Origin: Macrostomum lignano
Taxonomy: Eukaryota
Reading direction: 5' to 3'
Assembly (NCBI GenBank): GCA_002269645.1
Contig: NIVC01003976.1
Location: 1-64,000, forward strand
Length of the DNA: 64,000 nt
The notes under the pieces are model-generated. The model ran no database searches and was not told the DNA's origin. It was given only the letters and a program-made list of their open reading frames with translations. Below, one piece after another: positions 1 through 22,300 of this stretch; position 1 is the first letter of the stretch; the number at the start of each line of letters is the position of its first letter. The translations under genes were made by a program, and so were the position numbers.

Positions 1-665
1 GTTTTCTCTGAATCATGTTTGGTTCTCTGTATTCACAAGTCTTTGTTCTGTCTCATTGTCACGTTTGCTTCTCTATGAGTCTTTGTTCTGTCGCATTTTC
101 ACCGTTTGCTTCTCTTTGAAGTCTTTGTTCTGTTCCATTCTCACCGTTTTGCTTCTCTGTGAAGTCTTTGTTCTGTCCCATTCTCACCGTTTGATTCTCT
201 CTATTCACAAGTCTTTGTTCTGTCTCATTCTTACCGTTTGCTTCTCTGTAGGGTCTTTGTTCTGTCTCATTCTCACCGTTTGCTTCTCCGTGGAGTCTTT
301 GTTCTGTCTTAATTCCTTGTTCTGTCCCATTCTCACCGTTTGCTTCTCTGTGTAGTCTTTGTTCTGTCTCATTCTCACCGTTTGCTTCTCTGTAGAGTCT
401 TTGTTCTGTCTCATTCTCACCGTTTGCTTTTCTGTAGAGTCTTTGTTCTGTCTCATTCTCACCGTTTGCTTCTCTGTGTAGTCTTTGTTCTGTCTCATTC
501 TCAACGTTTGCTTCTCTGTGTAGTCTTTGTTCTGTCCTATTCTCGCCGTTTGCTTCTCTGTAGAGTCTTTGTTCTGTCTCATTCTCACCGTTTGCTTCTC
601 TGTGTAGTCTTTGTTCTGTTTCATTCTTACCGTTTGCTTCTCTGTGTAGTCTTTGTTCTGTCTCG
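1..665. repeat. 42-bp minisatellite (GTCTTTGTTCTGTCTCATTCTCACCGTTTGCTTCTCTGTAGA-type)
   Basis: About 15 tandem copies visible. They produce 14-aa periodic pseudo-ORFs (59..691 etc.). The array runs off the window start. Confidence 0.95.
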
Positions 666-1729
666 TTTTTATTACTATTTGCTTTAGCCAAGTCTTTTAA
701 ATAGCTTTTGCATTTTTATCCGCCTTAGCAAGATTACTGACTACTTTTATTTAATTCGAAAAAGTAGTTTCAAAGCAAATTAATTTTTGTTTCTGTTATT
801 CATGTTGGCTAGTTGTGGCCAGCCATTATTATTGACATTGCTCAACCTGTCCTGTTTTATGTTTTTTTGTACTGTCAGAGTCCCTCTTGAAGAAATTAAG
901 TATTCGACTATGAATTACTGATTTTGATCAGATTGTCCACCTTTTGTGTAAATTATTGCATGTCAAGTGTTTTGTGTTTCCTCTTCGCCTTTTTTAACTT
1001 TTTATTTTGTAAAGAAACAGACGCACTCTTGTATACACTACTACTAGTAATTTGTTTGCTAATACCTTCTGTTTCTTACTATTATTTATTATAATTTTAC
1101 TTTTTCAACTGTCTTCGTAAGCAAATGACTTCGTAAATTTTTTTTAAGTGATTTCACGTACAATTCAGGTACAAAGTAAACAGATCGTTATGATATATTA
1201 AAGCTAAAAGTACATTTCACACTATTTGTGTACTTTATCAACGAGAAGGAGGAAGGGGAATCGATCATTTATTTTGTTTTACTTTTGCAATAATAAAAAC
1301 GATTGGGCGTTAATAAATCTGACATGCTTGTTTATATGTACAAAGTATAACAAAGTTTTCATGTACATGAATGGTACAGTTTTAGAAATTAATCAACAAA
1401 TTTTGCTTCGAGTAGAATAATTCAATCATTCAAATACCCTAAACAAATTTCAAACGACATGCAATCCTGTCTCATGGTCGTGTTTTTCCTATCAAAGCTT
1501 AGTTTCGGTCTAATGAAAGTCTAATAAAATGATCTTATAAATATGTTCAGTTCACAGGCCCCGTCTTGAGTAATCGTTTGAGTATAAATTTTCACTGTGG
1601 CATTTAAATCGCTCAAATTAAAATGGTATTGCTCACACAAACGGTCTATCCCGCTGCAGTCATGTGACATCTGGCATGTCAGCTCGTCGACCTTCGAATT
1701 GTCAGACGGCACAATCCCCAGACTGCAGG

Positions 1730-11276
<9,547 letters not shown>

Positions 11277-11319
11277 AATAGTAATAGACGATGTGTGATA
11301 AAAAAACGATAATCATACA

Positions 11320-11775
11320 GTTTACAGGTGTGAACTAGGCTAGGCAATAAAACTATAATTGTACAGGTGTGAGGCTATAGGCAATAAAACTATAATTGTA
11401 CAGGTGTGAGGCTAGGCAATAAAACAATAATTGTACAGGTGCGAGGCTATAGGCAATAAAACTATAATTGTACAGGTGCGAGGCTATAGGCAATAAAACT
11501 ATAATTGTACAGGTGTGAGGCTATAGGCAATAAAACTATAATTGTACAGGTGTGAGGCTATAGGCAATAAAATTATAATTGTACAGGTGTGAGGCTAGGC
11601 AATAAAACTATATTTGTACAGGTGCGAGGCTATAGGCAATAAAACTATAATTGTACAGGTGTGAGGCCAGGCACTAAAACTATAATTGTACAGGTGTGAG
11701 GCTATAGGCAATAAAACCACAATTGTACAGGTGCGAGGCTATAGGCAATAAAACCATAATTGTACAGTTGCGAGG
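11320..11775. repeat. 37-bp minisatellite (GTACAGGTGTGAGGCTATAGGCAATAAAACTATAATT)
   Basis: About 12 units; 37-bp period measured between 11361 and 11398. Confidence 0.95.
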
Positions 11776-12289
11776 CTGCTATTCTAATTAAAACTACTAC
11801 AGGTTACACAGACAATGATTCATACGTTACTTCACCTGGAGATCGACTCCGCAATTTTGACTGGCCTGGCAGCTGAAGCAGCCTCACGGTAGATCTTCCC
11901 TGTAGTTTAGTCGTTGATTTATCGACATCATTGTCCGCCTCATCGCTGCAATCCATGCTTCAGTTTAGCTGTGCAGTTAACTTTCCTCTTGTACTGTAGT
12001 TTAGGGAAGTTCAGAAGTAAAAATTCTCGACTTAAATTCGTTTATAAGATCGCTGGAAAAATTGGGAGCAGGGAGACCGGGACCTGTGGGGTTGGCTATG
12101 CTTGAGTCGCGGGTCAGCCAGCCAATAGGATTCCGGCAATTTGTGCGGAGGTGGGGAGTGATGAACGAGCTTGATAGCGAGCTGCTTTCTTTGAGTCTGC
12201 TCCAATCCACGGTCACAAGTGATCTAATCTACATGTGTATAGTAACATCATGGAACTCCTTGTATAGATATGTAATGCATGTAGACTAC

Positions 12290-12480
12290 CAAACTCACCC
12301 CAATGTCACCATATCTCACCTCAATGTCACCAATATCTCACCCCAATGTTACCAATATCTCACCCCAATGTCACCAATATCTCACCCAATGCCACTAATA
12401 TCTCACCCAATGTCACCAAAATCACCCAAATGTCACCAAAATCACACCAATATCACCAAAATCACCCCAATGTCACTAAT
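12290..12480. repeat. ~21-bp repeat (ATCTCACCCCAATGTCACCAAT)
   Basis: About 8 degenerate units. Confidence 0.85.
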
Positions 12481-12789
12481 ATCATTAATCTCATCAATAT
12501 CATGTCTTGTAAAGGTTTCGAGGTGTTTGTTGATACTGGATGGTTAAATCTTTTAGGCGATGTGAAACATAGTTCCTTGCGATTTGTGAAATCAAATGCT
12601 ATTGAAAATCACGTTTTTAGCCACATTGATGATATATAATTGTTTGTCAACATCCTACTGCCCATTAAGTCTCAGTAGCAAAGTTAGAATATTTTAGTGA
12701 TAATTTCTTGGATCTGCATCTCTAATTACGTATTCAAATTAATTTTAACCTTTTAAGTCCCAATGAGAGAGTGTTAATTCCGCGCTAAA

Positions 12790-15700
12790 TTTTCGCCTGA
12801 GAGAGTGTTTAATCGGCGCTAAAGCTAAAGTCTCGCCTGAGAGTGTGTTTAATCGGCGCTAAAGTCTCGCCTGAGAGTGTTTAATCGGTGCTAAACTCTC
12901 GTCTGAGAGTGTGTTTAATTAGCGCTAAACTCTCGCCTGAGAGTGTGTTTAATTAGCGCTAAACTCTCGCCTGAGAGTGTGTTTAATCGGCGCTAAAGCT
13001 AAAGTCTCACCTGAGAGTGTGTTTAATTGGCGCTAAACTCTAGCCTGAGAGTGTGTTTAATCGGCGCTAAAGCTAAAGTCTCGCCTGAGAGTGTGTTTAA
13101 TCGGCGCTAAAGTCTCGCCTGAGAGTGTTTAATCGGCGCTAAACTCTCGCCTGAGAGTGTGTTTAATCGGTGCTAAACTCTCGTCTGAGAGTGTGTTTAA
13201 TCGGCGCTAAACTCTCGTCTGAGAGTGTTTTAATCGGCGCTAAACTCTCGTCTGAGAGTGTTTTAATCGGCGCTAAACTCTCGTCTGAGAGTGTTTAATC
13301 GGCGCTAAACTCTCGTCTGAGAGTGTGTTTAATCGGCGCTAAACTCTCGTCTGAGAGTGTGTTTAATCGGCGCTGAACTCTCGCCTGAGAGTGTGTTTAA
13401 TCGGCGCTAAACTCTCGTCTGAGAGTGTGTTTAATCGGCGCTGAACTCTCGCCTGAGAGTGTGTTTAATCGGCGCTAAACTCTCGTCTGAGAGTGTGTTT
13501 AATCGGCGCTGAACTCTCGCCTGAGAGTGTGTTTAATCGGCGCTAAACTCTCGTCTGAGAGTGTTTAATCGGCGCTAAACTCTCGTCTGAGAGTGTGTTT
13601 AATCGGCGCTAAACTCTCGTCTGAGAGTGTGTTTAATCGGCGCTGAACTCTCGCCTGAGAGTGTGTTTAATCGGCGCTAAACTCTCGTCTGAGAGTGTTT
13701 AATCGGCGCTAAACTCTCGTCTGAGAGTGTGTTTAATCGGCGCTAAACTCTCGTCTGAGAGTGTGTTTAATCGGCGCTGAACTCTCGCCTGAGAGTGTGT
13801 TTAATCGGCGCTAAACTCTCGTCTGAGAGTGTTTAATCGGCGCTAAACTCTCGTCTGAGAGTGTGTTTAATCGGCGCTGAACTCTCGCCTGAGAGTGTGT
13901 TTAATCGGCGCTAAACTCTGTCTGAGAGTGTTTAATCGGCGCTAAACTCTCGTCTGAGAGTGTGTTTAATCGGCGCTAAACTCTCGTCTGAGAGTGTGTT
14001 TAATCGGCGCTGAACTCTCGCCTGAGAGTGTGTTTAATCGGCGCTAAACTCTCGTCTGAGAGTGTGTTTAATCGGCGCTGAACTCTCGCCTGAGAGTGTG
14101 TTTAATCGGCGCTAAACTCTCGTCTGAGAGTGTTTAATCGGCGCTAAACTCTCGTCTGAGAGTGTGTTTAATCGGCGCTAAACTCTCGTCTGAGAGTGTT
14201 TTAATCGGCGCTAAACTCTCGTCTGAGAGAGTGTTTAATCGGCGCTAAACTCTCGTCTGAGAGTGTGTTTAATCGGCGCTAAACTCTCGTCTGAGAGTGT
14301 GTTTAATCGGCGCTGAACTCTCGCCTGAGAGTGTGTTTAATCGGCGCTAAACTCTCGTCTGAGAGTGTTTAATCGGCGCTAAACTCTCGTCTGAGAGTGT
14401 GTTTAATCGGCGCTGAACTCTCGCCTGAGAGTGTGTTTAATCGGTGCTAAACTCTCGCCCGAGAGAGTGTTTAATCGGCGCTAAACTCTCGTCTGAGAGT
14501 GTGTTTAATCGGCGCTAAACTCTCGTCTGAGAGTGTGTTTAATCGGCGCTAAACTCTCGTCTGAGAGTGTTTAATCGGCGCTAAACTCTCGTCTGAGAGT
14601 GTGTTTAATCGGCGCTGAACTCTCGCCTGAGAGTGTGTTTAATCGGTGCTAAACTCTCGCCCGAGAGAGTGTTTAATCGGCGCTAAACTCTCGTCTGAGA
14701 GAGTGTTTAATCGGCGCTAAACTCTCGTCTGAGAGTGTGTTTAATCGGCGCTAAACTCTCGTCTGAGAGTGTTTTAATCGGCGCTAAACTCTCGTCTGAG
14801 AGTGTTTAATCGGCGCTAAACTCTCGTCTGAGAGTGTGTTTAATCGGCGCTAAACTCTCGTCTGAGAGTGTTTAATCGGCGCTAAACTCTCGTCTGAGAG
14901 TGTGTTTAATCGGCGCTAAACTCTGTCTGAGAGAGTGTTTAATCGGCGCTAAACTCTCGTCTGAGAGTGTGTTTAATCGGCGCTAAACTCTCGTCTGAGA
15001 GTGTGTTTAATCGGCGCTGAACTCTCGCCTGAGAGTGTGTTTAATCGGCGCTAAACTCTCGTCTGAGAGTGTTTAATCGGCGCTAAACTCTCGTCTGAGA
15101 GTGTGTTTAATCGGCGCTGAACTCTCGCCTGAGAGTGTGTTTAATCGGTGCTAAACTCTCGCCCGAGAGAGTGTTTAATCGGCGCTAAACTCTCGTCTGA
15201 GAGAGTGTTTAATCGGCGCTAAACTCTCGTCTGAGAGTGTGTTTAATCGGCGCTAAACTCTCGTCTGAGAGTGTTTAATCGGCGCTAAACTCTCGTCTGA
15301 GAGTGTGTTTAATCGGCGCTGAACTCTCGCCTGAGAGTGTGTTTAATCGGCGCTAAACTCTCGTCTGAGAGTGTTTAATCGGCGCTAAACTCTCGCCTGA
15401 GAGTGTGTTTAATCGGTGCTAAACTCTCGTCTGAGAGTGTGTTTAATCGGCGCTGAACTCTCGCCTGAGAGTGTGTTTAATCGGCGCTAAACTCTCGTCT
15501 GAGAGTGTTTAATCGGCGCTAAACTCTCGTCTGAGAGTGTGTTTAATCGGCGCTGAACTCTCGCCTGAGAGTGTGTTTAATCGGCGCTAAACTCTGTCTG
15601 AGAGTGTTTAATCGGCGCTAAACTCTCGTCTGAGAGTGTGTTTAATCGGCGCTAAACTCTCGTCTGAGAGAGTGTTTAATCGGCGCTAAACTCTCGTCTG

Positions 15701-16738
15701 AGAGAGTGTTTAATCGGCGCTGAACTCTCGTCTGAGAGTGTGTTTAATCGGCGCTAAACTCTCGTCTGAGAGAGTGTTTAATCGGCGCTAAACTCTCGTC
15801 TGAGAGTGTGTTTAATCGGCGCTAAACTCTCGTCTGAGAGAGTGTTTAATCGGCGCTAAACTCTCGTCTGAGAGTGTGTTTAATCGGCGCTAAACTCTCG
15901 TCTGAGAGAGTGTTTAATCGGCGCTAAACTCTCGTCTGAGAGTGTGTTTAATCGGCGCTAAACTCTGTCTGAGAGAGTGTTTAATCGGCGCTAAACTCTC
16001 GTCTGAGAGAGTGTTTAATCGGCGCTAAACTCTCGTCTGAGAGAGTGTTTAATCGGCGCTAAACTCTCGTCTGAGAGAGTGTTTAATCGGCGCTAAACTC
16101 TCGTCTGAGAGTGTGTTTAATCGGCGCTAAACTCTCGTCTGAGAGAGTGTTTAATCGGCGCTAAACTCTGTCTGAGAGAGTGTTTAATCGGCGCTAAACT
16201 CTCGTCTGAGAGAGTGTTTAATCGGCGCTAAACTCTCGTCTGAGAGAGTGTTTAATCGGCGCTAAACTCTGTCTGAGAGAGTGTTTAATCGGCGCTAAAC
16301 TCTCGTCTGAGAGAGTGTTTAATCGGCGCTAAACTCTGTCTGAGAGAGTGTTTAATCGGCGCTAAACTCTGTCTGAGAGAGTGTTTAATCGGCGCTAAAC
16401 TCTCGTCTGAGAGAGTGTTTAATCGGCGCTAAACTCTCGTCTGAGAGAGTGTTTAATCGGCGCTAAACTCTGTCTGAGAGAGTGTTTAATCGGCGCTAAA
16501 CTCTCGTCTGAGAGAGTGTTTAATCGGCGCTAAACTCTCGTCTGAGAGTGTGTTTAATCGGCGCTAAACTCTCGTCTGAGAGAGTGTTTAATCGGCGCTA
16601 AACTCTGTCTGAGAGAGTGTTTAATCGGCGCTAAACTCTCGTCTGAGAGAGTGTTTAATCGGCGCTAAACTCTCGTCTGAGAGAGTGTTTAATCGGCGCT
16701 AAACTCTGTCTGAGAGAGTGTTTAATCGGCGCTAAACT
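12790..16738. repeat. ~4-kb satellite of 32-34-bp units (TTAATCGGCGCTAAACTCTCGTCTGAGAGT[GT]GT)
   Basis: About 120 head-to-tail units without spacers. Each has an internal ACTCTC/GAGAGT inverted repeat. Confidence 0.98.
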
Positions 16739-19700
16739 CAATCTCGTCCAATGCGAGTTTTTGAACAGCACAAGTCACAGCAGTAGTGAAGAGTTTAATA
16801 TGTGAATAAATAAACTACAAGTTGAAACGGCATATACATAAAAAACAATTTCAGCTTCTGTATTCAGACCTAAGCCGAGTTTGTTTCATAAAAAATTTCA
16901 AGTCGTTTCACTTTCAAATAATTTAAGTACATGTACGCTCTAAGTCGTAGCTATAGCACAAAAATAGCACTCGAAATTCGGAAATTGGCTCAAATTTATC
17001 AAATCGAAAAGAGCTAGAATATTTTACTAAGGCTGGCGTCATTCCCATGCAGTTCGCAGAGCAGTATACCAGGCAGTGCAATTGAATTTGGCCATGCAAA
17101 CACGGGTTTTTCGTCTTATCAACCTGGCTAAACTGTATGTTTATATTTTTAGCGATTAAACACGAACTGCGGCGTTAACTGTAACAAACCGTTGGGGGCT
17201 CTGTACACTGTACACTAATGTGAATCATTCCTATTCCGAATGTTTTGGTTCTTGACCTTCATGCATGCAGCGCAGTAAGCTTCATGCAGAGTTTTGTTAA
17301 TATGCGAATCAAAGCTGCAGCATAACAAACAGACTTCATTTTTTATTCACTCTACAAAAGACCCAATTGTCACTTAAATATTTAAATAGGCGCCGATTTT
17401 GTTTTAATAGTCAATTTCCTCTGAACAGTCCTTTATAAGCAAAAAAGACAAATCAATAATACATCAGATTACAGATACATTTTTTAATTGAAATTCATTT
17501 GAAGCTCAATAATACTTTTAGGAAAAAGTGCTTCTTTCATTAACAATAAACAAAACCAGTAAAACAAATAGCAAAATACTTCGATAAACTCATGGGGGGT
17601 TACCGCGAGTTACGTTTCAGACAGTCGACCAGCGCACAGCTCGCCCTTAACAGTCCTCCGTCCAATTTTACTTTTGACAGAAAATTGATTTTAAAAAATG
17701 AATCAATTTTTATTTCCTTGCCAAGGCAATAATTCAAATCGGATGAAAGAGTGTTAAGGCAGAGACTCGTGTGCGATACAAAAGAGGACTATAATTGTAT
17801 GAAGTTAACTGTAATACAAAATAATTAACTACAGAAACTTGAAGACTTACCGTTTATATTTATTTGGGTAAAACCAACAGAACTTTCTTTGGGATAGTAA
17901 TTCTGTCAGAAGAAAAGGCAAACTTCAGCAACTTCACCACGAGATGCATGCATGCAGCATGAGCTGCTGCAGAAGACAGCCCCCCTGACTCTCTTAATGG
18001 AATTTTTATTATAAAGCCAAATCTTGTTCTTATAGTCAATTCCCAATAGTTGTGTAAGCACCAGCTTATCCAACCCTGGGAGCTTATAGACGCCAGAGCG
18101 AAGCAGGGGGTGGACAGTCAGGGCCAGACGATAGACGAAACAAGCGAAGCGCTCTTATGCCAACCAAGGCTTAAAAAACCCTTTGCTAGCTGGCTTACTT
18201 TGATTCAAGAGGATCGAAAAGCCTTGGAATATGCATGGGCGGCTTTTTCTTGCATTCTTGCGAAGGAAAAGCTACTGTATCTATAAGTATGCGGTTCAGG
18301 GGAGGAGGCAGAAGGGGGCGGGGGACAGACGGCGCGTTTGTCTTTAAACTGGGGGACCGAGCGGAGTTGGGGTGGGCTGATCGAAGCAGAAACGACGAAA
18401 GCTGAAAATAGGGGGTTGGGGGTAGAGGGAAGGCCTGAACTGGACTGGAGTAAGGGGGGGGGGTCGGTTGGTTGTGTGGGCAGAGCGCCCATGCAGCCCC
18501 CCACAATTCGTGTCGCGTTGTGCTGCCCCGGGCCGCGTGGCAAAGGGTTTAAAACGGTTTTAGTTTTAAGGTCCAAAGAAAGGTTCTCCCCAGAGATCGA
18601 GGGACTGAGAGAGGGAGAGAGAGGGAGTAAAGCGCTCTTATTGCGCGTTATATAAGTGTGGACCCTTGGTGTTCTAGAGGGGGGTGGGGGCTGGTGTTGA
18701 GGGGAGCTGCTGATTTCGACTGAATTGCACGACAGCTTTATACTTGGCTATGCGTCCAGATAGCAGCCAGCACCATGCACGCTGTGCGCGCTATAGCGAG
18801 AAGGGGTTGGTGCGGTCCTGGCTTGGGGTGGCTGGTCCGAAGAGGGGGGGGCGGGACGGGGATTGGCGATTTGGCGCCCTCAGTTCCGCCTGAAACGATA
18901 CTATAGGGCAGTAAAGTAGGCAAGCCATATAGGGCTTAATACATGTTGAGCGGAGGTTCAGTTCAGGCAATTATTGAGGCTAAAGCAACCCCAAGTCCCC
19001 AACGAGGCCAACCGAAAGCCCCGACTAAAAACCGGCAGAGTCATATGGAGAACTCACACATGACACACACAACACTCGCGAGCAAAGCTCAACAAGCCGT
19101 GAGCCTTTTCCCTTTCCTGGGGAGAGGGGGTGGGGTCGTTCAGGGGACGGGCGGACGGACGGACCTCCCTGTTCCTATGCAGTTTTAGTTTTACACTACC
19201 ACAACCACAGTAACCGGCTAAGCTAGACTCTCCCCGTTGCCGCCCCGTACATTTCTTTGGTTTGTTTTCATATGCACGAGCACTGACTCTGCCCTCGCTC
19301 TCCGCCTTTGTTTCTGCTAGTTGGAATATATATACAATTGTAGCTTAGCTTTTCCTTTTTCTCTCAAAACTCCGAACTCCGAGGGTTTGACTTCGTGAAG
19401 AAATCGCGGAGAAAAAGGGTGTGTGAAACGTGGGGTGCGAGCTCTGTTTAGCTCAGCTCAGCACGCTCTGAGTGAAAGTTTGCTTTCTGTCGTCGGCCTC
19501 TATTTCTATCTTTCTATATGTTGCTGCTGTTGAGTTGAAGCAATTATATGCCTAGTAGCTGGTATCCATCTGGGAGGGGGGGGGGTCACAATTACAATTA
19601 GTCAAAGCTACAAGACTCATTGTAACAGGCGCCGGAGGAAAGAGAGTGTACCATTAAAGTTGACATTTGTAGAAAATAAAGATTCGATTTATTCAATGAT

Positions 19701-20860
19701 TGACATGAGTTGCCATACGCCCACTAATTCGATTCGAACTTACCCCGGTAATTTGAGCGATTAAAAGACAGGTAGCTGGGTGTAGCCTGTGGGCGCGGTG
19801 TGGCCGCGGTGTGGGTGAGCTGAAGAAATTCCCAACTCAATTTTCTGAAAGAGAAAAGTTACTTTTTCCGTGCAGAAATACACAAACGACAGGCAAAGTA
19901 AATGTTGGTGCATGGTGCGCGTCCATTGTCGAGGGACTAATGCTACTAATGCCTACTGACACGTCCTGCGAGCGGGACCTACAGCACTGTTGCCCTGCTT
20001 TGTTAGCTCTTTGCTAAGCTGTCAAGCTCTCAAAGAAAAATGTCAAATCAAACAATTAAACGTGCTTGCTTCCTTTTAGAAGTTTTAAGAAATCTGCTTT
20101 TAGTTCGAAATTTCTAATTTTAGCTTGATTGACAAGCGTAGCTTAACTATACAGACTTACATGTATGCTTAAGCTGCAGGAGTCAGTTCGTGCCTGGAAT
20201 CCAATGAACTCAGTGTAACCATTGAATTGGTTAAGTGCATCGTTTGAACATACGAGAGAGTCAATTTTTCACCACGGTATGAGAGAAAGAGATCACAAAT
20301 CATGAACGACAAAAACATATTGATTTGGATTGTTTTTTTAGCCAAATCTGCTCTCTTTCCGTTGCCCACAAAGAAATTTGCAGGTTTCTTATAGTATTAG
20401 ACGCCTGCCAGAATCTGTTTGTGTCAAAGGAATTGTATTATGACTTCACCTGTAAGACATGCATGGCAAAGTGATCTGCAGACCAAGAAAAATCCGCAAC
20501 GTCCAACAACACACAGATTGGGCTTCATTACAATGCAACATTATCCAAATGATTCTCCAAATCATGGACGCAGACTCATCCGCATCGGGGTTGTGAAAGC
20601 ATCTTTAAAGCATCTTTTCTGATGTTATTATTCTGTCCTTTGTTTCAGCTTGATTTGTGAGGTTTCAGCGTCTGTTGCCGCAGAATTCCTTTCTCGGGGT
20701 AGGTTAGACCCGCCATGCTCAATGCTAGCTAACAATGCTGTTTATGGATGGATTCTCAATTGAAAATTTATTGCACGATTTGCATGTTGTGCTAAAAACG
20801 AACTATATGTATATAGATGTAGATGCTTGTTCTTGGAGTCTCTGAAGGGGTCCTGGCAGT

Positions 20861-21256
20861 GGGTTGCTTTAACAAACGCGAAATTTCACAACCGCTAAAT
20901 CACCTTTCATAAACGCGAAACTTCATAACCGCGATCAGCTTCACAACCGCTAAATCACCTACTTTCATAAGCGCTAGACTTCACAAACGCGAAACTTCAC
21001 AACCGCTAAATGTCATCTACTTTCACAACCGCGAAACTTCATAACCGCGAAACTTCACAACCGCTAAAAGACTGTTGTATATGAAAGTAAGTGCAAAAAT
21101 TTTAGCGGTTGTGAAGTTTCGCGGTTATGAAGTTTCGCGGTTGTGAAAGTGACTGGAAAAAATTTAGCGGTTGTGAAGTTTCGCGTTTATGAAACTTAGC
21201 GCTTATGAAAGTAGGTGATTTAGCGGTTGTGAAATTTCGCGTTTGTGAAACCCACC
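20861..21256. mobile_element. 396-bp foldback MITE, Mutator/MULE-like
   Basis: The two halves are inverted copies of repeated TTCACAACCGCTAAA / AAACGCGAAA motifs. Identical 9-bp flanks CCTGGCAGT at 20852-20860 and 21257-21265. Termini start GG. A 9-bp TSD with long TIRs is typical of MULEs. Confidence 0.8.
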
Positions 21257-21354
21257 CCTGGCAGTTTAATGATTAAGCAATCTCTGGTACTATGATGGCT
21301 AATTGTTTTTCCTTTGGTTATTCTGGAACTGATCTGATTACTGCCGTTTTCACA

Positions 21355-21510
21355 GAGCCTGAGTCACTTAGAAGTCTTTTCTGAGTCACTCAGGAGTCTT
21401 CTCTGAGTCACTTAGGGGTCCTCTCTGAGTCACTTAGGAGTCTTCTCTGAGTCACTCAGGAGTCTTCTCTGAGTCACTCAGAAGTCTTCTCTGAGTCACT
21501 CAGGAACTCT
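21355..21510. repeat. 22-bp tandem repeat (CTGAGTCACTCAGGAGTCTTCT)
   Basis: About 7 units, each containing TGAGTCA. Confidence 0.9.
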
Positions 21511-22149
21511 AACCAAACTGTAGGTACTCAACAGATTTGGCTTCTAGTCCAGAAACCAACAGTTCATAAATCAATCCAAGAAAACGCTTTATTGTTCTAG
21601 AATCTTCGCTTTTTTCTTATATCACATGTCCCATTCATCAAACGCACAACGCGAGGTGTAGCAAGTAACTGATATAACGAATATGTAAATTGTATTGGGA
21701 AAAGTCTGAGGCGCATCAATTGAGCACTAGTAATAGAATTATATTAGGTTGTATATACACTATATAGGTTTCTCCGCGTGTCTTGTATAATTAACTATGA
21801 GCATAAGCCATAGGCAATAAAGTATAGTACGTATAATATCAGGTCTGTATGTAGCCAATTCAGCCTTATAGCACTAGCAGCTCCCTCTGTCACTCTCCAA
21901 CTCGACTCTCAACTAATTTTCCCACCCTTTCTCACCCTTGTGCAATTTTCCATATCGCTACTCTGCTACTCATATAGTCACAATATGTAGAGCAGCGAGC
22001 TCACACAGCTGTTGCTGGCGATCGTACATTATAAGAGCTGTCACGAGCTGGGGAATTGGCGATTCTCTATCGCTGAGGCCGGAGGCCTGAATGACTCATT
22101 GCCGCTGTTATTGCGCCGCGTATAAACAGACTTCTCATGCAGTATGTAA

Positions 22150-22161
22150 CTAGCTAGCTAG

Positions 22162-22203
<42 letters not shown>

Positions 22204-22216
22204 TACTTACTTACTT

Positions 22217-22247
<31 letters not shown>

Positions 22248-22300
22248 GACTAACTAACTAACTAATTTACTAACCAACCAACTAGTTTACTTACTGACTG
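22150..22300. repeat. (TAAC)n/(TTAC)n microsatellite
   Basis: Direct reading. Confidence 0.93.

Noticed and set aside
12790-16738. CRISPR-like array of palindromic ~33-bp repeats
   Set aside because: Units are head-to-tail with no unique spacers, there are no cas genes, and the context is eukaryotic.
17647-17757. Small TTAA-flanked element
   Set aside because: The putative TIRs match too poorly to support.
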